A stretch of 63,054 nt of DNA, the filler included, from Octopus bimaculoides (Eukaryota): NCBI RefSeq assembly GCF_001194135.2. It is 7 parts of 6 records of this genome, joined end to end, with 100 filler letters (N's around TTAATTAATTAA, not from the genome) between each part and the next. Parts side by side here need not be neighbours in the genome. Positions count along the whole stretch, not along the records: positions 33,329 to 56,183 come from NC_068993.1; positions 56,284 to 59,239 come from NW_026423452.1; positions 59,340 to 63,054 come from NC_068997.1; 4 more parts are not named here. The stretch is one strand, 5' to 3'. How positions within the stretch are numbered: the first letter of the stretch is position 1; each line of letters starts with the position of its first letter. The notes under the pieces are model-generated. The model was given only the letters and a program-made list of their open reading frames with translations, ran no database searches and was not told the DNA's origin. Below, piece by piece: positions 51,976 to 63,054 of this stretch. Both the position numbers and the translations under genes were made by a program.

Positions 51976-52844
51976 GAATATTCTGGATTTACGTAATGAG
52001 TTCCATGTGTGTGTGTATTTAAGTATATTAATACATACACACACACACACACACATACATACATACATACATACATACATACATACATACATACATACTA
52101 ATACACACATATTCAATCAGGTCACTTCGAGGATGACCAAATGAACGGACTTTAATTTATATATATATATATACGTACATACATATACGCATACAGCTGT
52201 ATAAACATATACATATATGTATATATATTACATATGTATATATGATATATGTTTGTATATACATGTGTGTGTGTGTATAGATGGCTGTGTATGCATACAT
52301 ACATATGTACTTACATAATAACTACATGACAATTATTGTCTAGATTCTAGTGAGAGAGCCTGCTTTATTGGTTTGAGACGGTATCCGTTGCTGAGAAATT
52401 TGAAAAGTAACACCAGACGCTACTCACACTCACATAGAGAGAGAAAGAGAGAGGGGGAGAGAGAGAGAGAGGGGGGGAGAAACACGCAGACACAAACGTA
52501 ACTCTATTTCTTCTTCCACTCTACACAGCCATGAATATGCTTTAAGTTCTAGTCATTTCGTGATGACCAGCAAGTAATCGTTCATTTTGACCCAGAGACA
52601 AAGACCGATGAAAAGAGAAAGACAGACAGACAGAGACAGAGAGAAAGAGACAGACAGAGAGACAGACAGAGAAAGAGTGAATGTCGTTGGATGGGGGGGG
52701 GGGCATTTGCCCAGCAGTAACTATGATGTTCATGTCTTCGCCAAGAGCATTGACAATGTAAGAAGTTAAAACGAGAGAACAATAAGTCTGGGAATTGAGT
52801 GAGACCTGCAGGTTCTCTCAGATGCAGCTCCATAGAAACACACA

Positions 52845-52845
52845 C

Positions 52846-52926
<81 letters not shown>

Positions 52927-53453
52927 CATATATACATGTGTGTACGCATACATACATTTATTCAGGCATACACAGACATGTAAACACATACTCACACACT
53001 TACAGAGACGTACGTACAAAACAAACCTACCCACATACACACACACACACGTTCATACCTATACATCATACACTCACGTATACACACATACACAGACATA
53101 CCTACATATATTCATACACACACACACACACATACATACATACACACGCATACATGCAAACAGAGAGACACACACGCACACATGTACACCCGTACATACA
53201 TACATAAATACATACATACATGCATACATACATATATAAATACATACATTCATAAATACACAAATACATATATATACATACAAACATACATACACACATA
53301 CATACATACATACATACGTACATACATACACACACACACACACATGCCTACACAGATAATATACACATCATCATATGTACACCCGTACAGACATACATAA
53401 ATACATACATACACGCATACATACATATATAAATACATACATACATATATAAA
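52845..53453. repeat. (CA)n/(TACA)n low-complexity field, representative of many CA/GA/TA/GATA/TATG microsatellites in the window
   Basis: Direct inspection; most N gaps are bordered by such repeats. Confidence 0.9.
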
Positions 53454-54269
53454 NNNNNNNNNNNNNNNNNNNNNNNNNNNNNNNNNNNNNNNNNNNNNNN
53501 NNNNNNNNNNNNNNNNNNNNNNNNNNNNNNNNNNNNNNNNNNNNNNNNNNNNNNNNNNNNNNNNNNNNNNNNNNNNNNNNNNNNNNNNNNNNNNNNNNNN
53601 NNNNNNNNNNNNNNNNNNNNNNNNNNNNNNNNNNNNNNNNNNNNNNNNNNNNNNNNNNNNNNNNNNNNNNNNNNNNNNNNNNNNNNNNNNNNNNNNNNNN
53701 NNNNNNNNNNNNNNNNNNNNNNNNNNNNNNNNNNNNNNNNNNNNNNNNNNNNNNNNNNNNNNNNNNNNNNNNNNNNNNNNNNNNNNNNNNNNNNNNNNNN
53801 NNNNNNNNNNNNNNNNNNNNNNNNNNNNNNNNNNNNNNNNNNNNNNNNNNNNNNNNNNNNNNNNNNNNNNNNNNNNNNNNNNNNNNNNNNNNNNNNNNNN
53901 NNNNNNNNNNNNNNNNNNNNNNNNNNNNNNNNNNNNNNNNNNNNNNNNNNNNNNNNNNNNNNNNNNNNNNNNNNNNNNNNNNNNNNNNNNNNNNNNNNNN
54001 NNNNNNNNNNNNNNNNNNNNNNNNNNNNNNNNNNNNNNNNNNNNTCTCCCCACCTAACCCCCTTTCTGTCTGTCTCCTTATTTATTTGCTTGTTTTCATT
54101 CTTTTATCCTTTCCCCTGTTTCGGTCATTTTGACTGCGGCAATGCTGGAGCATCACGTTGAAGAATTCTTTTTAGTTGAATAGATCGACCCCACCACTAC
54201 TTTTTTTCTTTTTTTTTTTTTCTTAAGCCTGATTCTTATTCTATCGATCTTTCTTGCCGAACCGCTGCA

Positions 54270-55164
54270 TCATCATATCATCCTCACTACCACTACTACC
54301 CAACACCACCACCACCACTGCTATCAACACCAGCATCAAAATCATCATCGTCGTCACCACCATCATAGTCATCATCGTCTTCATCATCATCATCGCCGTC
54401 GTCGTTGTCATCAACACCACCACCACCACCACCATCATAGTCATCATCGTCTTCATCATCATCATCGCCGTCGTTGTCATCAACACCACTACCACCACCA
54501 TCATAGTCATCGTTGTCGTCATCATCATCATCATCATTATCACCGTCGTCGTCATCGTCGTCCTCATCATCTCTGTCATCGCATCATGACACCAACAACT
54601 CATTCGTTATAGCAATCAACAACTTCATTAATCACTCGACGATTTGTCTGCGTGTTTCCAGGTTTCAGCTTTCGAATCCTCAAAAGGCAGCTGTGAAAAA
54701 AATGGCGACTATTTCATTTATTTATTTATTAATTTATTTACTTTTACTTTTGCTTTGAAATGTGAAAGTAACAGAAATACGAGTAAAAATGGTAAAATAA
54801 AATGTAGACACGATGGAAAATGGCGTAAGGGATAATTGGGCATCCTCCCCCACATCAAAAATATAAAGTTATGGTGGTGGTGGTGGTGGTGGTGGTGGTG
54901 GAGGTAGTTGTAGTGATGAAGATGATGATGATGATGAAAGTAGTGGATGCGGTGATTCCGGGGTGGTGGTGGTGGTGGAGACGGTAGTAATGGAGGTAGT
55001 TGTAGTGATGATGATGATGATGATGATTATTATGATGATTATGATGATGATGATGATGATGATGATGAAAGTAGTGGAGGCGGTGATTGTGGGGTGGTGG
55101 TGGTGGAGACGGTAGTAGTGGAGGTAGTTGTAGTGATGAAGACGACGACGACGACGACGACGAC

Positions 55165-55198
<34 letters not shown>

Positions 55199-55215
55199 TT
55201 GAGGATGATGAAAGT
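54270..55215. repeat. CAT/CAC and GGT/GAT trinucleotide mosaics with higher-order duplications
   Basis: A unit of about 66-69 bp is repeated in 54350-54520. The block ggaggtagttgtagtgatga recurs three times in 54870-55215. Confidence 0.85.
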
Positions 55216-56799
55216 NNNNNNNNNNNNNNNNNNNNNNNNNNNNNNNNNNNNNNNNNNNNNNNNNNNNNNNNNNNNNNNNNNNNNNNNNNNNNNNNNNNNN
55301 NNNNNNNNNNNNNNNNNNNNNNNNNNNNNNNNNNNNNNNNNNNNNNNNNNNNNNNNNNNNNNNNNNNNNNNNNNNNNNNNNNNNNNNNNNNNNNNNNNNN
55401 NNNNNNNNNNNNNNNNNNNNNNNNNNNNNNNNNNNNNNNNNNNNNNNNNNNNNNNNNNNNNNNNNNNNNNNNNNNNNNNNNNNNNNNNNNNNNNNNNNNN
55501 NNNNNNNNNNNNNNNNNNNNNNNNNNNNNNNNNNNNNNNNNNNNNNNNNNNNNNNNNNNNNNNNNNNNNNNNNNNNNNNNNNNNNNNNNNNNNNNNNNNN
55601 NNNNNNCAGTTTTATATATAAGGGTAGACAGAATAGGAAATAAGTTAAGAAAGAGTGTATCTTCTATCAAGTGCGTCTGGATGGGGTGGACCGAAGCAAA
55701 AATAAGTTATATATAAGCATATAATGGAACGTGAACATGACAGGCGACAACAAAGCATCCGGTGATACAAAGAAAGGACAGGAAAAATCAAGGACGGGTT
55801 ATTCGGAGCTTCCTATCTTCAGTCGAGTACCTGATTATCTTTGCAGTTTCGGCCGGTTACACTCGAGAATGCTCCAATCTGGCTGGCCCCAAGAAAATCT
55901 AAACTAAGAACACTAGATTCCTTGGAAGAAAGCAAGCGAATGTTTACGAAAACAAGGACGAAAAAAAACGGAGAAGTGGCACACAGTTATAAATACAAAC
56001 AGCAGGACATTAACAACAGGTATCTTTCGACTAAGGACGAATTAAATTAAGCTGGCGTGTGTGGAAGTAAAGCCTTACGGAAGAGGCATAAGAGATGAAA
56101 GTAATGGGAAGGAATATTAGAGATGCTACTTGGGTGGTAGCCGAACCAAGAAAGAAAGGTCAGGCTTGGCGGAACACCGATATNNNNNNNNNNNNNNNNN
56201 NNNNNNNNNNNNNNNNNNNNNNNNNNNTTAATTAATTAANNNNNNNNNNNNNNNNNNNNNNNNNNNNNNNNNNNNNNNNNNNNTATATATTTGAGTGTGC
56301 ATGCGATTGTAGGTATGTGTGTATGAGTGTGTGTGTGTGCTTTTGTGTGTAACGGAAGTGAGAGAGAGAAGGCGATAGATACATAGATAGTTAGATTTCT
56401 ATGCACATTTCTATTTTTCAGGGCTCATTGATTTACCGAGACTTGTGTAGATATTTATTCCTCCTTATGTTTTGCTGGCGCAAAATATGTTATTATGTAG
56501 AATGTATCAAATTCTTCCGGTAGTGTTTGCATATGTATTTTGCTTGAGCTAGCAGGATAGAAAATCACAAGATCAATGAAGAACCACTCCTGTCTATGGT
56601 ATCAGTAAGAGCCATTCAGTTAAAAAACTTTTATTGAAACCTTTTCATTTTCCCACCACTTCTATATACGTCACTCGAAGACCTGCAGAATGGTTTACGC
56701 TAAAATTGAAATCCTAGCAACATTTTATAACACATCAATAATGGCGATAGTTCGCTGCTGTTACTATTATCACTTCAAGAAAAACAGACAACGTCAGCA

Positions 56800-56877
56800 A
56801 CAACAACAGGAACAATAACAGAACCACCACCACCACCACCACCACCACCAGCACAGCAACCGCTACTACTACTACCC

Positions 56878-56910
<33 letters not shown>

Positions 56911-56985
56911 CTACTACTACTACTACAACTACTGCTGCTGCTGCTGTTACTATTACTACTGCTACTACTATTACTGCTGCTGCTG

Positions 56986-57025
<40 letters not shown>

Positions 57026-57330
57026 AGGACAACCATCGTCATCACTCCTCCTCTTCCCCTCCTCTTTATCCCATCATCATAATCATCATATCATCAGCAG
57101 CAGCAGCGTCATAAAATTCCCCCTCCTCCTCCACCTCCTCCTCCTCCTCCTCATCATCATCGTCATCATCGCCTCTCGTCGTTATCGCTACTATCAGTAC
57201 CGTTGTTATTTGTTGTTATTTTGGCAATAAACTCAGCTATTCTCACCATATTAATTTTCGTCGTAAACATGGTTGCCGAGTGCAGGTTTTGTAACATGTA
57301 ACGCCACCGCCACCCCCATTACTACTACTA

Positions 57331-57374
<44 letters not shown>

Positions 57375-57544
57375 ACCGCCGCTGCTACTGCTGCTGTTAC
57401 TACATCGATGAAGACTATGACAAATAATAACAATAGCAATAATAATAATAATAATAAGAAGAAGAAGAAGAAGAAGAAGAAGAAAAAGAAGAAGAAGAAG
57501 ATAATGGCAGCCGTTAATAACAGCAATAGTAATGATAATGATGA

Positions 57545-57631
<87 letters not shown>

Positions 57632-57645
57632 TAATAATAATAATG
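56800..57645. repeat. Long compound trinucleotide tracts (CTA, CTG, AAT, GAA, GAT)
   Basis: Direct inspection; accounts for the poly-amino-acid ORFs in the track. Confidence 0.9.
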
Positions 57646-58680
57646 CGCAACACACTTTTATTGACGCATTTTCCGTGTATCTGTCGAGTTATTTTTGTCC
57701 TGAAGCAATTTACTATGTCCTCCATTATTCTTTTATACTTTTCCAGCCACGCTGTTGTCATTGTATTAGATGTTGAGTAGTTTCATTGGTTCTGTTAGAA
57801 GTGTTTTTGGAGAGCCAGACCAACAAACTCGGAATTACCAATCTGCATTCAGTTATTTCCTGGAAACCAGGACTATTCTTCATCCTTCCTTCCTTCCTTC
57901 CTTCCTTCCTTCCTTCCTTCCTTCCTTCCTTCCTTCCTTCCTTNNNNNNNNNNNNNNNNNNNNNNNNNNNNNNNNNNNNNNNNNNNNNNNNNNNNNNNNN
58001 NNNNNNNNNNNNNNNNNNNNNNNNNNNNNNNNNNNNNNNNNNNNNNNNNNNNNNNNNNNNNNNNNNNNNNNNNNNNNNNNNNNNNNNNNNNNNNNNNNNN
58101 NNNNNNNNNNNNNNNNNNNNNNNNNNNNNNNNNNNNNNNNNNNNNNNNNNNNNNNNNNNNNNNNNNNNNNNNNNNNNNNNNNNNNNNNNNNNNNNNNNNN
58201 NNNNNNNNNNNNNNNNNNNNNNNNNNNNNNNNNNNNNNNNNNNNNNNNNNNNNNNNNNNNNNNNNNNNNNNNNNNNNNNNNNNNNNNNNNNNNNNNNNNN
58301 NNNNNNNNNNNNNNNNNNNNNNNNNNNNNNNNNNNNNNNNNNNNNNNNNNNNNNNNNNNNNNNNNNNNNNNNNNNNNNNNNNNNNNNNNNNNNNNNNNNN
58401 NNNNNNNNNNNNNNNNNNNNNNNNNNNNNNNNNNNNNNNNNNNNNNNNNNNNNNNNNNNNNNNNNNNNNNNNNNNNNNNNNNNNNNNNNNNNNNNNNNNN
58501 NNNNNNNNNNNNNNNNNNNNNNNNNNNNNNNNNNNNNNNNNNNNNNNNNNNNNNNNNNNNNNNNNNNNNNNNNNNNNNNNNNNNNNNNNNNNNNNNNNNN
58601 NNNNNNNNNNNNNNNNNNNNNNNNNNNNNNNNNNNNNNNNNNNNNNNNNNNNNNNNNNNNNNNNNNNNNNNNNNNNNNNN

Positions 58681-58729
<49 letters not shown>

Positions 58730-58828
58730 AATAGATCGGTAGATACAAACATACAAACACACAAATATTTCCTTCCGGTTCTGGTAACGATTCATGGAAC
58801 CTGAGGTCCGTGGAGCTAAACACGTTAC

Positions 58829-58875
58829 CTGACATTTTTTCCATGCATGCATGACGTATCCAATTAAATTGTCAG
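58829..58875 (-). CDS. Candidate 47-nt internal exon of an unidentified minus-strand gene
   Basis: Minus strand reads ctcctatcttatttcatatctgcag | exon | gtaacg. Only one frame is open (phase 1/0): xDNLIGYVMHAWKKCQ. No partner exon confirmed. Confidence 0.5.
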
Positions 58876-59207
58876 CTGCAGATATGAAATAAGATAGGAG
58901 CAGAATGGTGTTTGTTTCCGTAAACGAGAATATAATTTCTCCTATGAACAGCACAACACTAAATATAATCTCCTTATCTTATAGTTGAAATCAAGTATTT
59001 CTGCCTTTTCGGTCACTAAAAAGCGAAACTGAATTTAATATCATGAAAGTCATATATGTGCGTGCGTGTATCTGTGTGTGTGTGTGAGCGTGTTAGTATG
59101 CGTATGTGTGTGAATGTGTGTGTGTGTGCCTGCGTATGTTTGCTTGAGTATGTGATTGTGTATGTATGTGCATGTGTGTGTGCGTGTGCGTTCATACATA
59201 CTTACAA

Positions 59208-59239
<32 letters not shown>

Positions 59240-60177
59240 NNNNNNNNNNNNNNNNNNNNNNNNNNNNNNNNNNNNNNNNNNNNTTAATTAATTAANNNNN
59301 NNNNNNNNNNNNNNNNNNNNNNNNNNNNNNNNNNNNNNNTATATACATATATTTATATATATATATATATAATTTATACACATTTTGCACATACACAATA
59401 GGCACACGTGTTGTAGTTGTAATTGTGTGCTTATATGTATGTGTGGCATCTTTCTATTTGTATTAAGTGTATTCTTGTTCATGTTACATGACCATGCGTT
59501 TTTGTGCCTGTATGTATGGAAGCATACGTGTCTTTGTGTGTGTGTGTGTGCGTGCGGGCATACCTGCGTGTGTGCTCGCGCGTCAGTCTATGCATACGTT
59601 CGCGTTGTGCAATATGTGTTCTTAATCCATGCAAAAATGTAGAAAACTATCCTATACGAAAAGATAGACAGGTAGATACATGTCCTGATAGAATACTACA
59701 ACGATAGATAGATAGATAGACAGATATGCCAATACATAGATAGGTATAGTGATAGACATTACACAAAGGAGAAAGGAAACAATCGTAAGAAGAGGAGAAA
59801 ACTTCAAAATTATCTTTCAAAATCTCATATTACAATGATTCTGAATTTTGATATCCTACACACTGCCTCACTCACACATGTTTCATACAAATATGTATGT
59901 ATATGTTGATTGTATCTGTATTTCTATGTGTGTTTTTGTGTGTATATGTGTCAAATATACGCATATGTTGTATCACTACGTAATGACTAAAATAGTTCTC
60001 CTGTGGCTCTCGCATTTTTAAATTCATCCCCAGGTATCACATTGCATATATATTCTATTATAATCTCGCTTTAATTTTCTTTTGTGTGTATGTGAGTGTG
60101 TGTGTGTGTGTGTGTCAAACATCTTTATCTATTCGCTTACGCCATCCATGTGTGTGTGTATGTGTGTAGGAATGATA

Positions 60178-60234
<57 letters not shown>

Positions 60235-61817
60235 TTATATATGTTATACATATGTATAATATTATATTCTTTATTATAATATGTATATGCCCCATCATAA
60301 ATATACATATATACTATTATATGTGTTGTACGATTCGGATGTTGTTGTTGTTGTTGTTATTATTATTATTTTGAATTTTCAAGCAAAAAAATAAAATTTT
60401 GTTTATATGTTCTTCGACGTGATATATATTTCATCTCTATTGCCGCTTTCATCTTATATTTCGTTGGATATCTTATCTTCTTGCATCCAATCCTCACGTC
60501 AGCAAAACAAAACAATGAAATAAATAAATAAACAAGGAAAATATTACCAGAACATTATCTTTATCATTATTCAACGTGATAATAAAGGATTCTGAAAACA
60601 GTATATTCTCAATGGATAAAATATTGGTCAGACATTTGAAATTTTGCTAACGTGAGTTCGATCCTGTGGTTGTTTTGGCAATATAAGTTAGGTTTCACTC
60701 TTCGTTTCGATTTAATAAGACTTAAAATATTTCTTAGGCATAGCTATGTGATTAAGAAGTCCGCTTTGAATTCGTGTATCTCAGGTTAATTGTAGGTGGG
60801 CAGATGTCTTCTTCTGCAGACTGCAGACTGACTAATGCTTTGTGAGTAAATTTGACAAATAGAAAGCCGGCGTAAAGGCACGAGCCTAATTTCTATTAAA
60901 ACAATTAGTGCAATAGTCGTTTCGTACTTAAATGTCTCAAAAACACATACGAAAACACATTGGAATTTTAAGTTTAAAAACTTAAGAATTAGACAAATGG
61001 ACTACTTACATATTGACTTATCCTTTCGTTTGCGAATACTTGCGATAAATTAGCGGCTCGACAAAGGAACCCGATAGAATAAGTACTAAAATACTAGGCT
61101 TGAAAAATATAAGTCCTGGTGTCGAGTTATTCGACTAAACCCTTCACGGCGGTGCTCCAGCATAGCCGCAGATGACTGAAACAAGTACAAGAATACATAA
61201 AGATGCATGTATGCATATACGTACATAGACACAGACACAAAAAAAACACACACACAGACACACACACACACCTATACACATACATAAGCATATGCATATA
61301 CATACAATATTTATGATGTATCATGTAGGAATTTCACGTGATGACAATAAAGCAACAGTTTAGAAATCTCTAAGAAATGCAATAATTAAACATATGAACT
61401 TTGACATTTTGCGTAGAGACTTATTTGATGTTGATGTGAAAGACGCGTTACGACATAGAACCACATGCTTGTTAAGTTTCGAGTTCATATCTGCCTAGGG
61501 ATAACTTTACTTTATATCCTATCGGAATTAATAAAACGGAGAACTAATGAAGTAGTGAGCCACAAGATTTAGGAATATATGACTATATTTTATAAACAAT
61601 GTTTCACATAATTTAGGATTTTTAAATATAAAAGTTTCGATGACAAAACTTTTTTTGTTCCAAAATGAATCGTTTACATCGAAGATCGAACACCTACTGA
61701 AAAAAATGATATTTACCACAAGGGTTTACAGTTCTCCGTTGTCCAATCAAAACTTACCAATAATGAACAATTTCAAGTTCTTAATGTTCAATATTTTCAC
61801 CCCGTTTATACCTCCCT

Positions 61818-61852
<35 letters not shown>

Positions 61853-61984
61853 CTCTCTCTCTCTCTCTATTTCCCTATCTATCTGTCTGTCTATTTATCT
61901 ATCTNNNNNNNNNNCTATCTATCTATCTAGACAGACAGACAGACAGACAGATAGACAGACAGATAGACAGACAGACAGACAGAC

Positions 61985-62037
<53 letters not shown>

Positions 62038-62090
62038 TTTCCATCTGTGAACGTGTGCGTGAGTTTATATCAGTATATATGCATATACAG

Positions 62091-62131
<41 letters not shown>

Positions 62132-62444
62132 TATACACACATATATATATATGTACGTACGTATGTAATTATTTATCTACATTTGTGATTTAGTGTATTG
62201 TTTAAAATTACGTAGTCGTTGGTGTACATTTCTGGCGTTCGCTATGCGAAGCTAGCGGTTGCCATACCCTGGTTTCATCCATATTATTGTTAAATTGATA
62301 TTCCATTGATAGAATGGTTACATATTTTACCACTGGTAACTCACCTGTCTACCCGAAACAGATATGCGCCTGGAGCACTGTCTCTTACATGGTCATTAAA
62401 TAAAAATCATAAACGCATGTGTATTTATGTAAGAATGTATGTAT

Positions 62445-62672
62445 GCGGCGAACTGGCAGGAACGTTAGCACGCCGGACGAAATGCTTAGTAGCATTCTGT
62501 CCGTCTTTATATTCTGGGTTCAAATTCTGCCGAGGTCGACTTTGCCTTTCATCCTTTCGGGGTCGATTAAATAAGTACCAGGTGCGTAACTGGATATAAT
62601 CGACTTAACCCGTTTGTCTGTCCTTGTTTGTCCCCTCTGTGTGTAGCCCCTTGTGGGCAATAAAGAAATAAG
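62445..62672 (+). mobile_element. tRNA-derived SINE, family C
   Basis: gcggcgaactggcaggaacgttagcacgccgg...gggttcaaattctgccgagg...caataaagaaataag; partial copies at about 10535, 20470 and 43370. Confidence 0.88.
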
Positions 62673-62920
62673 TATGTGTGTATGTATGAACACATGTAAT
62701 ACAGATGTTATATGATATTATATAAATATTACACTAATATATTATATTCTATTAGATGATATTATTTTAATATTACACTAATATTATAGCATAATTAATT
62801 ATATTATACTACATTATATTAATATTACAGGAATAATTTTCTGTTCAAGTGTCGCTGAAACAATTGTAGAATTATGCAAAAATACGAGTCGCTCACTCCC
62901 TACTCGTTGACAATGTATGT

Positions 62921-62961
<41 letters not shown>

Positions 62962-63054
62962 TGCATGTATGTATGTATATATATATTCACATACACACAT
63001 GTATATATACATATACACACGTATATATACATACATATATATATATATATATAT

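Noticed and set aside
55086-55215. Gly/Asp-rich ORF resembling an acidic protein domain
   Set aside because: Trinucleotide mosaic open in several frames with no splice context.
1-63054. CRISPR arrays, rRNA genes or operon-like systems
   Set aside because: No repeat-spacer array or rRNA motifs seen; the DNA is intron-containing eukaryotic sequence.

Overview
AT-rich, microsatellite-saturated, gapped eukaryotic genomic DNA, most likely Octopus (inferred from the SINE families and repeat landscape, not verified). The only identifiable host gene is a + strand low-specificity L-threonine aldolase (THA1/LtaE family, fold-type I PLP enzyme). Five in-frame GT-AG exons (17276-21802) encode 212 aa; the first and last coding exons were not found. 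It keeps the PLP lysine but replaces several normally conserved active-site residues. The rest is mostly transposon debris: tRNA-derived SINEs, R4/Dong, Tx1/L1, RTE and L2/CR1 LINE fragments, Tc1, mariner, hAT and pogo-like DNA elements, and several Penelope-like (PLE) pieces. Most notable: (1) a ~580 bp palindromic element joining a tRNA 3' half, (TAA)n and a minimal type I hammerhead ribozyme; (2) a second inverted PLE with a GIY-YIG tail and hammerhead-like cores; (3) an NRF1/ETS promoter-like island with antisense exon candidates inside an aldolase intron; (4) a 1 kb interstitial (TTAGGG)n array starting exactly at a SINE target-site duplication; (5) an orphan minus-strand coding exon candidate at 58829-58875. 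Most long ORFs in the supplied track are microsatellite or N-gap artefacts.
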